Notes under the pieces: generated by a model
Seen by the model: only the letters and a program-made list of their open reading frames with translations
Told to the model about the DNA's origin: nothing
The model's database searches: none
Position numbers and translations under genes: made by a program
Shown: positions 1 through 14,232 of the stretch, piece after piece
Numbering within the stretch: position 1 is the first letter of the stretch
Layout of the letters: every line of letters begins with the position of its first letter
Assembly: GCF_001194135.2 (NCBI RefSeq)
Contig: NC_068984.1
Location: 119,466,778 to 119,530,777, forward strand
Source of the DNA: Octopus bimaculoides
Taxonomy: Eukaryota
Direction of reading: 5' to 3'
Length of the DNA: 64,000 bases

Positions 1-558
1 GTGAAAAAGTGCCACACCCTAATAGTTGAGGGAACCCGTGGAAGAGTTAGGCCCAGGAAGACCTGGGCTGAGGTGGTGAGGCAAGACCTTCGAACATTGG
101 GCCTCACCGAGGCGATGACTACTGACCGAGACCTTTGGAAATGTGCTGTGCGTGAGAAGACCAGGCAAGCCAAGTGAGATCGTTGCCAGTGCCCCTGGAC
201 TGGCTCTTGTGCGGGTGGCACATAAGATGTACCATCTTGAGCGTGACCGTTGCCAGTACCGCCTGACTGGCCTTTGTAGGGTTTTCGAGCGAGATCATTG
301 CCAGTGCCCCTGGACATGCTCTTGTGCGGGTGGCACATAAAAGACACCATTTCGAGCGTGGCCGTTTTCGTGCGGGTGACACGTAAAAGCACCCACTACA
401 CTCTCTGAGTGGTTGGCGTTAGGAAGAGCATCCAGCTGTAGAAACTCTGCCAAATTAGATTGGAGCCTGGTGTTGCCATCCGGTTTCACCAGTCCTCAGT
501 CAAATCGTCCAACCCATGCTAGCATGGAAAGCGGACGTTAAACGATGATGATGATGAT
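1..558 (+). mobile_element. 3' end of a young RTE-clade LINE (family A): ORF C-terminus, 3' UTR and (GAT)n tail
   Basis: Frame +1 reads VKKCHTLIVEGTRGRVRPRKTWAEVVRQDLRTLGLTEAMTTDRDLWKCAVREKTRQAK-stop, followed by the UTR shared with many copies and a gatgatgat tail. Confidence 0.88.
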
Positions 559-757
559 AAGTATAACATTTTAGGTATGAGTAGAACTTGACAGATGAAA
601 TTGGAATTTTACATAGAGAGAAGCAATGGAATTTATAGAATCAGAAAAGTCAGTTCCAGAAAAGATTAACATGGAAAAGACATATGCATGCATGAATGTA
701 TGTGTGCATGCATGTATGCATGATATATGTATTTATGTATGTACATATGTATGTATG

Positions 758-1060
758 TAAAAAGGGTAAAGACCCCCTTTGATCATGAATGACCATGGGA
801 TTACTCCTAGAAAGTTACTCTCAGAGGCACAAATCTGGGCAAATTTGTTTATGGAAGACTAGCAGTTGCCCATGCATACAAGTTCCCTTCTTCACACCAC
901 TGATGTTATCCAAGGGAAAGGTAAGGGCCAATACAACTTGGCACTAGTGATATTGCAACTCATTTCTACAGATGAGTGAACTGGAGCTAAGTAAAATAGA
1001 GTGTCTTGCTCAAGAACACAACACACAGCCTGGTCCAGAAATCAAACTGAGCCATGTGCC
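758..1060 (-). mobile_element. SINE family S3 (fragments also near 44800-44930 and 45850-46025)
   Basis: Shared segment ctgagtgaactggagc..gtgaaataaagtgtcttgctcaagaacacaac next to a tRNA-like end. Confidence 0.6.
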
Positions 1061-1127
1061 TTTGTATGTATGTATTGCTGCTGCTACCACCACCACCACC
1101 AAACTTCTTAACCACATAGATATGACA

Positions 1128-1201
<74 letters not shown>

Positions 1202-2194
1202 CATTTTATATATACATATGTATAATCTGTTATGATCTAAATTTGTTGAATAATATAACAGGGAGATTGATAGTCCATGTATGCATCAATAATGATGGTG
1301 AATTCTACAACTCACAGGGCTGACCCCAAAATCTCATCTTCATAAAATATTGAAGACATGTCAGTGTCACACAGTCTATCCACTCAAAGCCTTATCTACA
1401 GGAAGAGCAGAACTTGTCACCATAGCCTAATAGAACACTCACCAATCTTACAATGCTGCCATCATGCAGAGCAGAATACTGTATACTACCCTATATTACT
1501 ACTTACAGCTAGTTGAACTAGGCCAATGGAAGTTAAGCATCTTGACCATGAATACAATGCTCTAGATTATAAAATGCTGACCACTTGAATAATAGTTCAA
1601 CACCCTATTGACTTGGATATATGTAGCTACTAATTGTTCAAAGGCCATGACAAATTTTATACATTGAATTTTTAGTTTATTTCAGCCATCACAGCTAAAT
1701 CAAAAATGTCGTTCTCTCTCTCCCTCTCTCTCTTTCTTTTCTCATTGTGTTTTTCTTTTAGCTGAATACTGCACCAAGGAATGCTCATCTGTTTAGCTGC
1801 TTTTATGTTCTGCTGTCTCTTTAGATTTCGGGAAATAAACATAGCTTATTTGATTATTTAACCCACAAAAAAAAGCTAACAATCTAGTGAGAGATTTGTA
1901 ACCTGTTTGAATATGGCAATGAGAAACTTGAAATAAATTAGAACTCATAACAGCTTCAATAATATTGATTTCAATTTTTTAGCACAAGGCCAGCAAGTTT
2001 GGGGTTGTGGTTGTAAGTTGATTACATCAACCCCAGTGATCAACTGGTACTTATTTTATCAACCTCGAAAGGATGAAAGGCAAAGTCAACCTCAGTGGAA
2101 TTTGAACTCAGAATGTAAAGTGCGAAGAAATGCCACCAAATACTTTGTCAAGCATGGTAACAATTCTGCCAGCTCGCCCCACCTTGATCATCAT

Positions 2195-2546
2195 CATCAT
2201 CATTGTCGTTTAGCATCCGCTTTCCATGCTAGCATGGGTTGGACGATTTGACTGAGGACTGGTGAAACCGGATGGCAACACCAGGCTCCAATCTGATTTG
2301 TCAGAGTTTCTACAGCTGGATGCCCTTCCTAACGCCAACTACTCAGAGAGTGTAGTGGGTGCTTTTACGTGCCACCCGCACGAAGGCCAGTCAGGTGGTA
2401 CTGGCAACGGCCATGCTCAAAATGGTGTATTTTATGTGCCACCCACACAAGAGCCAGTCCAGGGGCACTGGCAACGATCTCGCTCGAAAGTCCTTACACA
2501 TGCCGCGGGCACAAGTGCCAGAAAGGCGACGCTGGGCACAGGTGCC
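2195..2546 (-). mobile_element. RTE family A 3' UTR copy (runs into an N-gap)
   Basis: Near-identical reverse complement of 290-558 with a (CAT)n tail. Confidence 0.85.
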
Positions 2547-5500
2547 NNNNNNNNNNNNNNNNNNNNNNNNNNNNNNNNNNNNNNNNNNNNNNNNNNNNNN
2601 NNNNNNNNNNNNNNNNNNNNNNNNNNNNNNNNNNNNNNNNNNNNNNNNNNNNNNNNNNNNNNNNNNNNNNNNNNNNNNNNNNNNNNNNNNNNNNNNNNNN
2701 NNNNNNNNNNNNNNNNNNNGCCTTTAGTCGAGCAAATTGACCCCAGCACTTATTCTTTGTAAGCCTAGTACTTATTCTATCGGTGTCTTTTGCCGAACCG
2801 CTAAGTTATGGGGACGTAAACACACCACCATCGGTTGTCAAGCGATGTTGGGGGGACAAACACAGACACACATACATATACATATATATATATATACATA
2901 TATACAACAGGCTTCTTTCAGTTTCCGTCTATCAAATCCACTCACAAGGCTTTGGTCAACCTGAGACCATAGTAGAAGACACTTGCCCAAGGTGCCACGC
3001 AGTGGGACTGAACCCGGAACCATGTGGCTGGTAAGCAAGCCACTTACCAAAAAAAAATACAGTGAACTTGCTGTGAGGAGTGCAAAATCATACATTTTGG
3101 AGAGAGTTCTTCAAGGGAAAGTTGAAAGGAGAGAATTTTATTAATTCCTCTCCTTTCATCTCTTCTGTAATGAAGGATTTTGTCTGAAATGTAGGATTTT
3201 CCACTCTTCACAGTAAGTTCACTGTATTCCTTTTATTGATTTTACTAGATTTTACAAGTCTTGCTGATACAGACCAACACCAGCCACTTTGGAATCTATC
3301 TGATCATAGATACCATCTTCAATAAGCAGAATATTTTATCAAAATGAAAACTGATGGTAATTAGTTATTCACAAGAACTAGTGAGAATTATTACATATGC
3401 GCTGGAACTAAAAGGAGTTAGTCCTTGTGTATAAGAAGCCATAAAATATCAGTGCTCGTTTTTATTTCTCAGTTTGCTTTTTGTTTCCAAGAATATCTTC
3501 CGTCTTTTACTTGTCTTAGTCATTGGACTGTGGCCAATATTTTAGTTGAATGACTTGACCTCAATGCTTATGTTTTTTTGCTTTTTTTTTAAGTCGGGGA
3601 CTTAGTCTGTTGGTCAATTGTGCCAAACTGGTAAGTCACAGGGACATAAACAAACCAATGCTAGTTGTCAGGTAGGGGAGAGGGACACAGACACACACAC
3701 ACACACATATATATATCTATATCACATATATATATGATGGGCTCCAACCGTTTCTGTCTATCAAATCCACTTGGGCCAGGGTTATAATAGATGACACTTG
3801 CCCAAGGTACCATGCAGAGGGACTGAACCCAGAACCATGCGGTCAGGAAGCAAACTTTTTATCATGCAGCCATGCCTGTGTCTATATAATAGATATCTAA
3901 CTAAAGCAAGTGGTTTTACACAGATGTCTGCTCATGACAACTACTACTCAAACCACAAAGCAGGAATGGTTTCTATATTTCAATAAAGAAAGGATCTAAT
4001 AAGAAATCTGTAGTCACCATCATCATCATCGTTTTAACATCCATTTTTCTATACATGCATGGTTCAGATGGAATTTGTTGAGGCAGATTTTCTAGGGCTG
4101 GGTGCCTTTACAAGGTAATATTTCTTCCTGACCAGACAAGTTTTTTCAAGGAAGATTGGAAATGAACAACAGTGCTTGAATCTTTTTATCTTTTATTTGT
4201 TTCAGTCATTTGATTGTGGCCATGCTGGGGCACTGCCTTGAAAGGTTTTAATTGAACAAATCAACCCCAGGTTTTATTTTTTTAAGCCTAGTACTTATTC
4301 TATCAGTCTCTTTTGCTGAATGGCTAAATTACAGAGACATAAACACCTGAACACTGGTTTTCAAGTAGTGATTGGGGATAAACACAGACACAAAGACATT
4401 TACACACAGATATATATATACATTATTTATATATACATATATACAACAGGCTTCTTTCAGTTTTCATCTGCTAAATCCACTCACAAGGTTTTGATTGACC
4501 TGAGGCTATAATAGAAGATACTTGCCCAAGGTGCCATGTAGTAGGACTGAACCTGGAACTATGTGGTTGGGAAGCAAGCTTCTTACTACACAATCACACG
4601 TACACCTATGATGGTGATGCTTGTTTACAATCATCACATGGTGTCACAACAAGGGTGTAAACACACACACAAATACACACACTCACACAAATATGACAGA
4701 CTTCTTTCAGTTTTTCATCTACCAAATCCACTTCAATCAGCCTGGGGCTTTAGTAGAAGATATTTGCCCAAGTTAACACACAGCGGGACTGAATCCAAGA
4801 CCACATGGTTGGGAAGCAAGCTTCTTAACCACACAGCTATTCCTGTGCCTTGCAGCCATGCCAGCTTAGTGTGGATATGAAATCGGAAAAAGAACCTTTA
4901 CATCATGACTCTGTTGTTTTTCATGACCCAGAGACAAAAAAGTAAAAAGCAAATAGTAGTCATAATACTGATGATAACACCTTAGCAACTCATCAATGTT
5001 ATCAATACAATGTATAAATGTTGAGCAATTTTCAAGGGTTAATAAGCTGTTTCAACTTCAGGGGATGTTACTGTTCTTTTAATTCCAATAACAATGTGTG
5101 GCTAATGAGTACCATCATCATCATCTAATGTTCTCTGTTGTCCATAAATTGGATGGGTTGACAGGATCTGATGGGTCCAAGGACTGTACCAGGCCCCACT
5201 TTTCTTTCTGTTTCAGCATGGTCTCTATGGCTGGAAGCCCTTCCTAATGCCAACCACATTACAAAGTGTACTGGTGTACTGGGTGCCTTTTTTCACACTA
5301 CAGGCACTACTGAGATCACCATGCAACTCACAAGACTATGAGCACTGAGAGAGGTGGGGGGTCAGCTTTATACTAGGAGATTAAAGTATGTGAGAAGCTG
5401 GGGGAGAGGGGGAGGGCAGAACAGGCTCTTGCAGAAGATTTGCATGGCTACTCAAGTTTAGTAAGAGAGGGAGAGAATGATCAGTAGGAGCTGCAATGAG

Positions 5501-6359
5501 ATAAGATAGAGGATATGAGTATATTCCACATAATAAAGCAGCATAGTTTTGGTTTCATTGAACGACAGCTTCATACAACCTTTAAGTATTTTATTTATGA
5601 GTGTAGATTAACCAAAATGAAGCAATTGGACCTATCTGAGTAAACAGAATTTGCTTCATAGCTTGCATGGGAGAAATAAATTAAAGCTAAGCACAAACAT
5701 TTACTGCAATGTTAGAGTTATTACGAAGTACTCTCAGTGGGTCAGAGAAAATTTAATGACAGACTTGCAGACACTGACTAAGCAAATGCTAAACATAAAG
5801 ATATTTCACTGAAAACACCTAAATAGTTGCCTTCTTAAGTTACTGACGACAATACAGTTATATAAAATGATAGTAAGTTTAAACTTTTTTTTTTCCACAA
5901 AATTTTCATTAAAATTTCATAAGTTTTCCTTTAGAATATTTTTCATTTCAGTTGAAAACTATTCCAGAGTAAAACTTCAGTTAATTTTATTTTAATTTAA
6001 TAAGTAAGAGGCTGGAGATGAAAGATAGCCAGGAAATTGGAAGCATGGTGGATAAATAGGATATTTCTGAAGGTATATGGGAACTTCTCCTTGTAGAAAT
6101 TTGCAGCAGCAACAGACAATAAATTCTCTAATGGAAAACATGAAGGACAACCGCTTTCTCTTTATCTTTTAGTTGCTTCAGGCATTGCACTGTAGCCATG
6201 CTGGAGCACTGCTTTGAAAGGTTTATTTGAACAAATTGACCCCAGTAGTTATTTCTTTTTAAAGTGTGGTACATATTCTATCAATCTCTTGTGCTGAACT
6301 ACTAAGTTACAGGGATGTAAGCTCACCAACACTGGCTGTCAAGTGGTGTGAGAACACAC

Positions 6360-7085
6360 ACAACAGACACACACACACACACATACATAGACACATACAT
6401 ATATACGTACATACATACATACATACGTATGTACATACATAGATACGTATGTATGTACATACATACATACTCACATACGTATATACACACATAGATACGT
6501 ACATATATATTCATACACACATACATATATGCATATACACATACATACATACAAACGTACATACATAAGTACATACAAACATACGTACATACATATATAC
6601 AAAAATACGTATACACACATACACATACATGCACACATACATACACACACATACATACATACATACACACATCACTGGAACTGTAAAAGTCTGTAAAACT
6701 TTCCAGGAGTTTATGAGTTAAATATATATATGAGCATGTCTAGATATGCAACTATATGCATGAGAAAACATACATAAAACAAAACATACACATCTGCACA
6801 TATACATACACACACACACACATATATACATACATACATACAAATGTACATACATATGTACATACATACATACAAACATACATACATACATGCATACATA
6901 CAAAAATACTCTGTTGTTGACGTTGAAATTTCAATGAAGGAGCCTTGGATCTAGGTTAGAAACCAGCTCTTTCTCTATTGGCAAGAAATCTAGAAATAAA
7001 GCTGATTAATGACATACATACATACAAATGTACATACATATGTACATACATACATACATACAAACATACATACATACATACATAC
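6360..7085. repeat. compound (CATA)n/(CA)n/(TA)n microsatellite region
   Basis: Read directly; explains the YVCM-type spurious ORFs. Confidence 0.95.
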
Positions 7086-8040
7086 ATAGCACATGAATAT
7101 CTTTTAAATATTTTTTACTTGTTTCAATCATTGGACAGTGGCCATGCTAGGGCAGCGTCTTGAAGGGTTTTAGTTGAATGAACCTGGTACTTATTTTATC
7201 AGTTTCCTTTGCCAAACTGTTAAATTGCAGGAACATAAACAAACCAACACCAGTTGTCAAGCAGTGTTGGGCAAATACAAACACAATCACAGATACACAC
7301 ATAATATATACATATATACACATACACATAATATACACACGCACACACATCATAGGCTGCAATAATTTTTTTTGCACAAAATTAATAAATAAAAACAGTG
7401 CATTCCATTGATATTTAAATATATTCTTGCACCCAGTCATTTAGAGGTTTTTGTGTCTGCTTGTGTAGAAGAGAGAAAGAATGAAAGAAAGAGAGGCAGG
7501 AAGGAGAAAGACAGAGAATAGAGAGAGGGGGGAAGGAGAAAGAGGATAGAAAGAAAGAGAATAGAGAGAAGAGGAAGGAGAGAGAATAAAGAGAGAATTC
7601 CAGACAATATAATACTTGACTCATATAAATTTATCCCTTGACATATTCAGAAAAGCAACGATGGCTAGTGTGAAGGTTTCTCTCAAGATATGATCCATAT
7701 CTACATTGTTTCCTGTGAATACATTTCTACTAAAAACACTAAATGCATATGTACCAAGTCACTAAAAAACAGACAGTTGCAATGTACAACATATGTATGT
7801 ATTTGGAATTGTAAGATAATTAAAAAAATTACTTACAAAACAGATTTATTTTTGAAACATGACAATGGCATACCTATAGGCGTAGGCACTGCTGTGTTGT
7901 TTAGAAGCTTGCTTTGCAACTATGTCATTTCAGGTTCAATCCCACTGCACAGTACCTTGGGCAAATGTTTTCAACGATCACCCCAGGTTGGCCAATGCCT
8001 TGAGAGTGAATTTAGTAGAGAGAAATTGTGTGGAAACCCA

Positions 8041-8084
<44 letters not shown>

Positions 8085-9587
8085 ACACTTGCACTTGTCA
8101 TCTCAACCCCTTGCTTGCTTGACAGCCAATGTTGGTTTGTTTATGTCCCTGTAACCTAGAAGTTCAGCAAAAGAGACTGATAGATCTGATAGCGCTTAAA
8201 AAATAAGCACTGGAGTCGATCTGTTCAATAGATCTGTTATATCTCAATAGAGTGGTGCTATATCTCATTGTTTTCATGTCATCATTTCTAATAACAGAAG
8301 AGCACCTGGGTTAGTACGACGGGATCCGTCATCACTATCGTCAGCTGGTTCCATGGCACTGAATAAAACAGTATGCAAATTCACCAAGTTTGATACCATG
8401 AATTCTAATTCTTTCAAATTGAAACTCCTCCTCCTGAAAACTCCAGACTTCAGGAAACAACTCAGTAGAATCAGCAACCTTAATATCAGAACAATCCTGA
8501 ATGCTATGATGTAATTCCTGTTCCATAATGATTCCCACTATTTAAAAAAAGGAGCTATGACATGGCTAAGATCACTGACCTCATCAGATTATTTATCCTA
8601 GATAATCTAAAGAATGTACATGCCCTGACAGTTCAACCCTGTACAGAAAGGACAGCTTGACAATATGAATGGCCATACCATAGATAAGTTTAGAAAAAAT
8701 ATTTTTTTCTGTAGGCAGAAGGCCTGAAATTTTGGGACTGGGGACTTAGTGTTTAACTGGTACTTATTTTATTGACTCTGAAATGATGAAAGGCAAAGTC
8801 GACCTCAGTGAAATTTGAACTCAAAGCATAAAACCAAAAGAAATGGGATGCTAATGATTCTGCCATTTTGCTGTCTAAAGTTCAGGAAAACATTAAAATA
8901 TCTTCAAGGAGTTTGGCTGAAATATAACAGCTACTACCAGCTTAGAAATGATTGATTTCATGGATGCCATCTGAGACTTCATGACTGAGACAAATGCTAT
9001 CCCTACAGAAAGAAACTCATGAGCAAACAGTTTATATATTCAGGAATGGCTTTCATAAGAAATCTGTAGATGTCTGTAGAAGCTGCGGTCAGAAATCTAG
9101 TCACAGGCATCAGCAGAAGAAGCTCTAATTTAGTGGCAAACGGAGATTTTCAACCAGGCTGAATCCCATTATGAGACAATAATGAGAAATGGACTTGGCG
9201 AGAAGTTAATGTATATGAAGAATCCTCTGTCCCTTAGTCATACCTAAAGGGTTCAAGAAGAGAAAGGTGATATGGTTCAATCTCCCATGCTATTTCTGCA
9301 TCTCTACTAATATTTCTAGAAGCTTTCTGCTTTATTTAGACAGAATTTCTCAACCACTTGTAAGTACCATAAACTTTTCAATGCCTATCACATTAAGGTT
9401 AGGTACTCATACTTAGATAATATCTTACCATCATGTGCTACAACAGAAAAAAAAAACATGCACTCACACAAAATCACCCTACAACCCAGCCTGTAACTAG
9501 CAAAATTTTATTAATAGTCCACTGGGGGAATCTTGCTTCTCAAAGACTGTGATCCATCACATGACAGCTGTATGAGTCAAAAAGCCA

Positions 9588-9810
9588 ATGATTCCTAGAG
9601 ATCATTCATACAACTACTTCATGTACAGAGAAATGGAAGACTCCACTTCCCTATCTCACTCATTCTGGAAACTTTGGGACCAGACACATGACTTGCCTAA
9701 CATTACATGGAACATCCTTGACAAGGCATTTTGTTACTCATCTCGAGTTCGAAATTGTCAACTCTGTCTGGCAGCCTGCAGTATCTATCAACAGGAAAAC
9801 TGAACTACAA
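9588..9810 (+). mobile_element. Penelope-like GIY-YIG endonuclease C-terminal remnant
   Basis: TSLSHSFWKL...ITWNILDKAFCYSSRVRNCQLCL resembles the LS.H.W.LK...W.IL..A..Y....C.LC motif. Confidence 0.6.
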
Positions 9811-11357
9811 GATATAATCCCTGCTTGCTCATAGAGAGATTATTCTCCTTCTCTCTACCCCCAATATCGCCTACCATCAAATATATTTAGGCCTAACACA
9901 TCACTCAATGACCTAATTCAGCAAGTGTGCATTTCCATGTGATCTTGCTAATACACTGATAAGAAATCTAACACCATCATACTCATTTTCAAGATATCAT
10001 TATGCATGCTGCATCTGATATCCAACAATATTTAACATATTTTGTTCAGAATGATTCCATATGCCCTCCACTTCAGTTACTATGTGTGGGACCTTTCAAA
10101 GTTCTCAGCAGAGCACCACAGTATTTTCTCATAGTTAGTAACAGGAAAACTGCCAAAAACTCAGCTTAAACCCTACGCAACAACTACTTGTCTCACCAAA
10201 CCAATCCAAAAATATCAGCATATTCTTTCACTGAAAACTCCACTTCTGTTCCAATGGCAAGAACAAGATTTGGTGAGCAAGTATGTTGACCATTGCATTA
10301 TATCTAGTATTAGGAATTGGAATGTAAATTTTTTTGCCAGGATAGTGTGCAACAGGAGAGACTGTGCTAGTCTGGTCATGTGATACAGATGGATGAGGGC
10401 AGTTGCATAAAGAAATGCCAATCATTTAAAATGGAGAGAAGCTGAGGAAAAGGGAGACCCAGGAAAATGTGGGATTAAGTTCTGAATGCCGATACCAAAA
10501 TGCAGAGCCTTATGAAGGGGATGACAGAAGACCAAGATATGTGGTATATTGTTGTACTCAAGGAGACCTGCCTAACTCAACAGAAATGATATCCTAAAAT
10601 CAAGGTGTCACATACAAAGCACTGGTGATGGTAGTGGAGCTGGTACTATTAAAAACACTGGTGCTAGTGACATGTAAAAAACTCTGGTGATATACCACAT
10701 AGAAAGTACTTGTGATGGTACCATATAAAAAGCACCCAGTACACTCTGTAAAGTGGTTGGCATTTGGAAAGGCATCCAGCTGTAGAAACCAAGCCAAAAC
10801 AGATTATGAAACTTAGTGCAGTCCCTGGGCTTGCCAGTTCCTGTCAAGCCATCCAACCTATACAGGCAAGGAAAATGGATGTTAAATGATGATGATGATG
10901 GTGATGATGATGATGATGCTGACAACAACGATGATTACATTTGTATCTGAAGTTTGCTTGTTGTTGCATGACCAACTCTCTGTAGTGGGAATGATGCAAC
11001 AAATCTCTGCTTAGGCTCAAAACCAGGTTTTATTTATTGTAATCATGAAATAGTGATACACAAGAGCCAGACACATCAAATAAACTAATAACATCAGCAA
11101 CAAGCTGTCCATTGCAGTTTGCTTTCATGCCTCTATCTACTATCTTATTCAATCAGCATATTACCTTTCAATCTGTGTTTGCTCCCACCACACCATCGCT
11201 TGACAATTGATGTTGGTGTGTTTATGTCCCCGCAACTTAGTGGTTTGGCATAAGAGACTGATAGAATAAGTACTAGGCTTACAAAGAATAAGTCCTGCGG
11301 TTGACTTGTTCGACTAAAGGTGCTACTCCAGCATAGCAGCAGTCAAATGACTGAAAA

Positions 11358-11409
<52 letters not shown>

Positions 11410-11741
11410 GCACAATCATTACCATTTGACATCCCTTGTTCTATGCTGGCATGAGTTGAACAACTCAATATGAACTGTGCTGAACTCCAGTGTGTGCTTT
11501 GACATGGTTTCTACAGCTGGATATCCTTCTGAATACAAACCACTTCACAGAGTGTACTGGATGCATTTTTTGTGGCACTAACACTGGTGAGGTCACCAAG
11601 TATTTCGCAAGACATGACTACTCAACTGAATGACAATATTAAGGGATATGAAGGTATGATAGAGGGGTAGGAACAGATGTCTTGCTGGAGAAGTGAATAT
11701 ATATCTGGACAGAAAGAGATGAGGTCAAAGCAGAAGGTGAA

Positions 11742-11778
<37 letters not shown>

Positions 11779-12039
11779 CAGAGAGAGACAGACAACAGAA
11801 CAGAAAAGGTGGGTAGATGAACAGAAAAGGTGGTTAGATAAGTGAGCTGGAGTGAAAACAGTGACATGATTAGAGATGGGGATTGAGCTGTAGGTAGTGA
11901 ATATCAATTTGGGTGAGGAGACATGAAAGGAAATAGGAGTGGGTCAGAGAAGAGGAGGCAATAAGGGACAGTAGCAGGGATGCAATTAAATGTAGAGGGC
12001 TAAGTGGTATCATTTACAGCAACTCAAAAGATTGATGGA

Positions 12040-12790
12040 TAGATGTTAGAAGATGAGTTGCGGGGAAAGGTTTGACAGGACTTCAATTCTGCTGAGATGG
12101 ACAGGTCTCCTCAAGCACAGCATATCACAATTCATCTCCTCCAAAAGGCTCAGCATCTTGAGGTCATCTTCTCTATTTCCTCCTACATCATCTTGGATCT
12201 GTCTCTTCCACAGGCTCCTTCCTTATTTAGCAATCAGCACTTCACATGACTATACCAGCAGTCTTCTCTCTTGTACACCACATCTGATGGCTCTTATGCC
12301 CAATTTTTCTCTCAGTACATTTGTACTTTGTTGTACATGCACACTAACATTGCACATCCATTGGAGAATACTAATTTCATCTCTTCTAATTCTTTGCATG
12401 CTCTCTGCATCCACAGCCCAAGTTTCACAACCATGAAGCATTACTGTTCATATGCAGGCATCATACAATCTGCCTTTCATTCTGAGAGATGCCTTTTTTT
12501 TAAATAGAAATAGAAATCCTCTGAACTGTCTCCAGCCAGTTCATATTCTAGCAATGATACATTCAGAGCATCTTCCTTCACTGCTAATTTGATCACCTAA
12601 ATAATAGAAACGTTCTACTACTTCTAGGAAGCCTCCTGGGTATTTCAGAACTATTTCCCATGTGCTCTTATTTTTTATTGCTCCTACATATCTGCCAAAA
12701 ACAAACTCTGCTTTCACTGTTAATCTTCCTGTAATTCCACTGCACCTATAATATGTCCATAGTTTCTACAAATCTGGAAAACTATGTTGT
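12040..12790 (-). mobile_element. degraded RTE family A RT C-terminal remnant
   Basis: KLWTYYRCSGITGRL, FYYLGDQIS, LHGCETWA, REKLGIR across stops and frameshifts. Confidence 0.8.
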
Positions 12791-12858
12791 GTGGAAACTA
12801 TTGTAGTGATTACAAATAAATGTTCTTCTGCACTCCTTCTTGATAACTTCAACTTATT

Positions 12859-12900
<42 letters not shown>

Positions 12901-12901
<1 letters not shown>

Positions 12902-13590
12902 TTCTTGCTTGCTTCATGCTCATGGTTGATGAAACTGGGGTCACCCCAGGTTAGTGGACCCAGAGATGCCATCATGCAAAGAGCTGACCAGGTCCACCAG
13001 TGCTCTCTATTGATGAAGGTCCCGTGCCAGCCCCTCTGCATCCCTTGAGGTGACATTGAGCCTCTGGAGATCTTCCCCAATCACATCTAGCCATCTGGTG
13101 TGGGGCCTGCCACAAGGCTTCTTCCAGCCTGCAGTTGCTGCATCAAATGAGTGTAAAGCCCTGGTAGGATGATCTAGCAGGAGATGGAGGACAAGTCCAT
13201 ACCAGAGCATGCAACGGATAGTTATGAAGTGAGAAGCTGCAGGCTGATGTGTGTGCACACACAGTTCTGTGCTGGAAATATGATGGTATCTTCTGATGTT
13301 CTCAATGGTTGTTATTGAAGCCATTGATCCTCTTTGCCAGGTCTTCGAGAGGTGTCACATTTCTGCTCCACCGAGGAAATTGGAGAGGGTCAATGCATTG
13401 TAGATGCAGAACTTCGTCTTCCAGAACACAGAACAGTGCTGTCAAAGGGGCTTCCATAGGAAGTACATGACCGCAGTAGCCAGACCACATCTGTGGCTGA
13501 TCCCCAGGATCAGGTCTCCACTGAAGCCAAGGTACATGAAGGAGCTGACAAACATCATGACATTGGAGCCAATCAACATCCTCATCAGCA
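12901..13590 (-). mobile_element. degraded RTE-clade LINE 3' remnant (a different family) ending at a (TA)n tract
   Basis: GWKKPCGRPHTRWLDVIGEDL motif; LWYGLVL corresponds to the L.W.GHV motif. Confidence 0.7.
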
Positions 13591-13740
13591 TTTAATGTTT
13601 ATTGTCCATACTGACATGGATTGGATGGTATGACCTGAGCTGGCAAGCTGGGGAGCTGCCCCAGACTCCAGTCTGATTTGGCATGGTTTCTATGGCTGGA
13701 TGCCCTTTCTAACACCAACCACATTTTTATTGCTTTTCTT

Positions 13741-13772
<32 letters not shown>

Positions 13773-13939
13773 NNNNNNNNNNNNNNNNNNNNNNNNNNNN
13801 NNNNNNNNNNNNNNNNNNNNNNNNNNNNNNNNNNNNNNNNNNNNNNNNNNNNNNNNNNNNNNNNNNNNNNNNNNNNNNNNNNNNNNNNNNNNNNNNNNNN
13901 NNNNNNNNNNNNNNNNNNNNNNNNNNNNNNNNNNNNNNN

Positions 13940-13990
<51 letters not shown>

Positions 13991-14232
13991 CAGTATTAGG
14001 CTTATCGACGCAATTATGTCCCACCGACTTTGTTTCCTCATAACTCCCAGAAAAAAAGGATATTTTTAAATGAAATTTTCTAAAAAATACACTTCAGATG
14101 GTGTAGATTCTGATTATATCGGAACTTGTGAAAAACACTTCCGTGGTGGGGATAGGAGTCTTAGAGAATTCATACGAGTCGGCTCTATTTCTTGAAAAAT
14201 GGTTATTTTTAGATGAAAATTCCTACCAATAC

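Noticed and set aside
295-489. Recurrent small ORF MKPDGNTRLQS... at six or more loci as a multicopy micropeptide gene
   Set aside because: It is the antisense frame of the RTE family A 3' UTR; start and stop positions vary between copies.
6307-6934. Multiple YVCM/IYIY-rich ORFs (also 972-1235, 13678-14043, 15040-15316)
   Set aside because: Translations of microsatellites or N runs; stops are absent only because of repeat composition.
10215-10425. Minus-strand ORFs as BtpA exon 2
   Set aside because: No GTP or ENMHD-type motifs and no convincing phase-1 acceptor.
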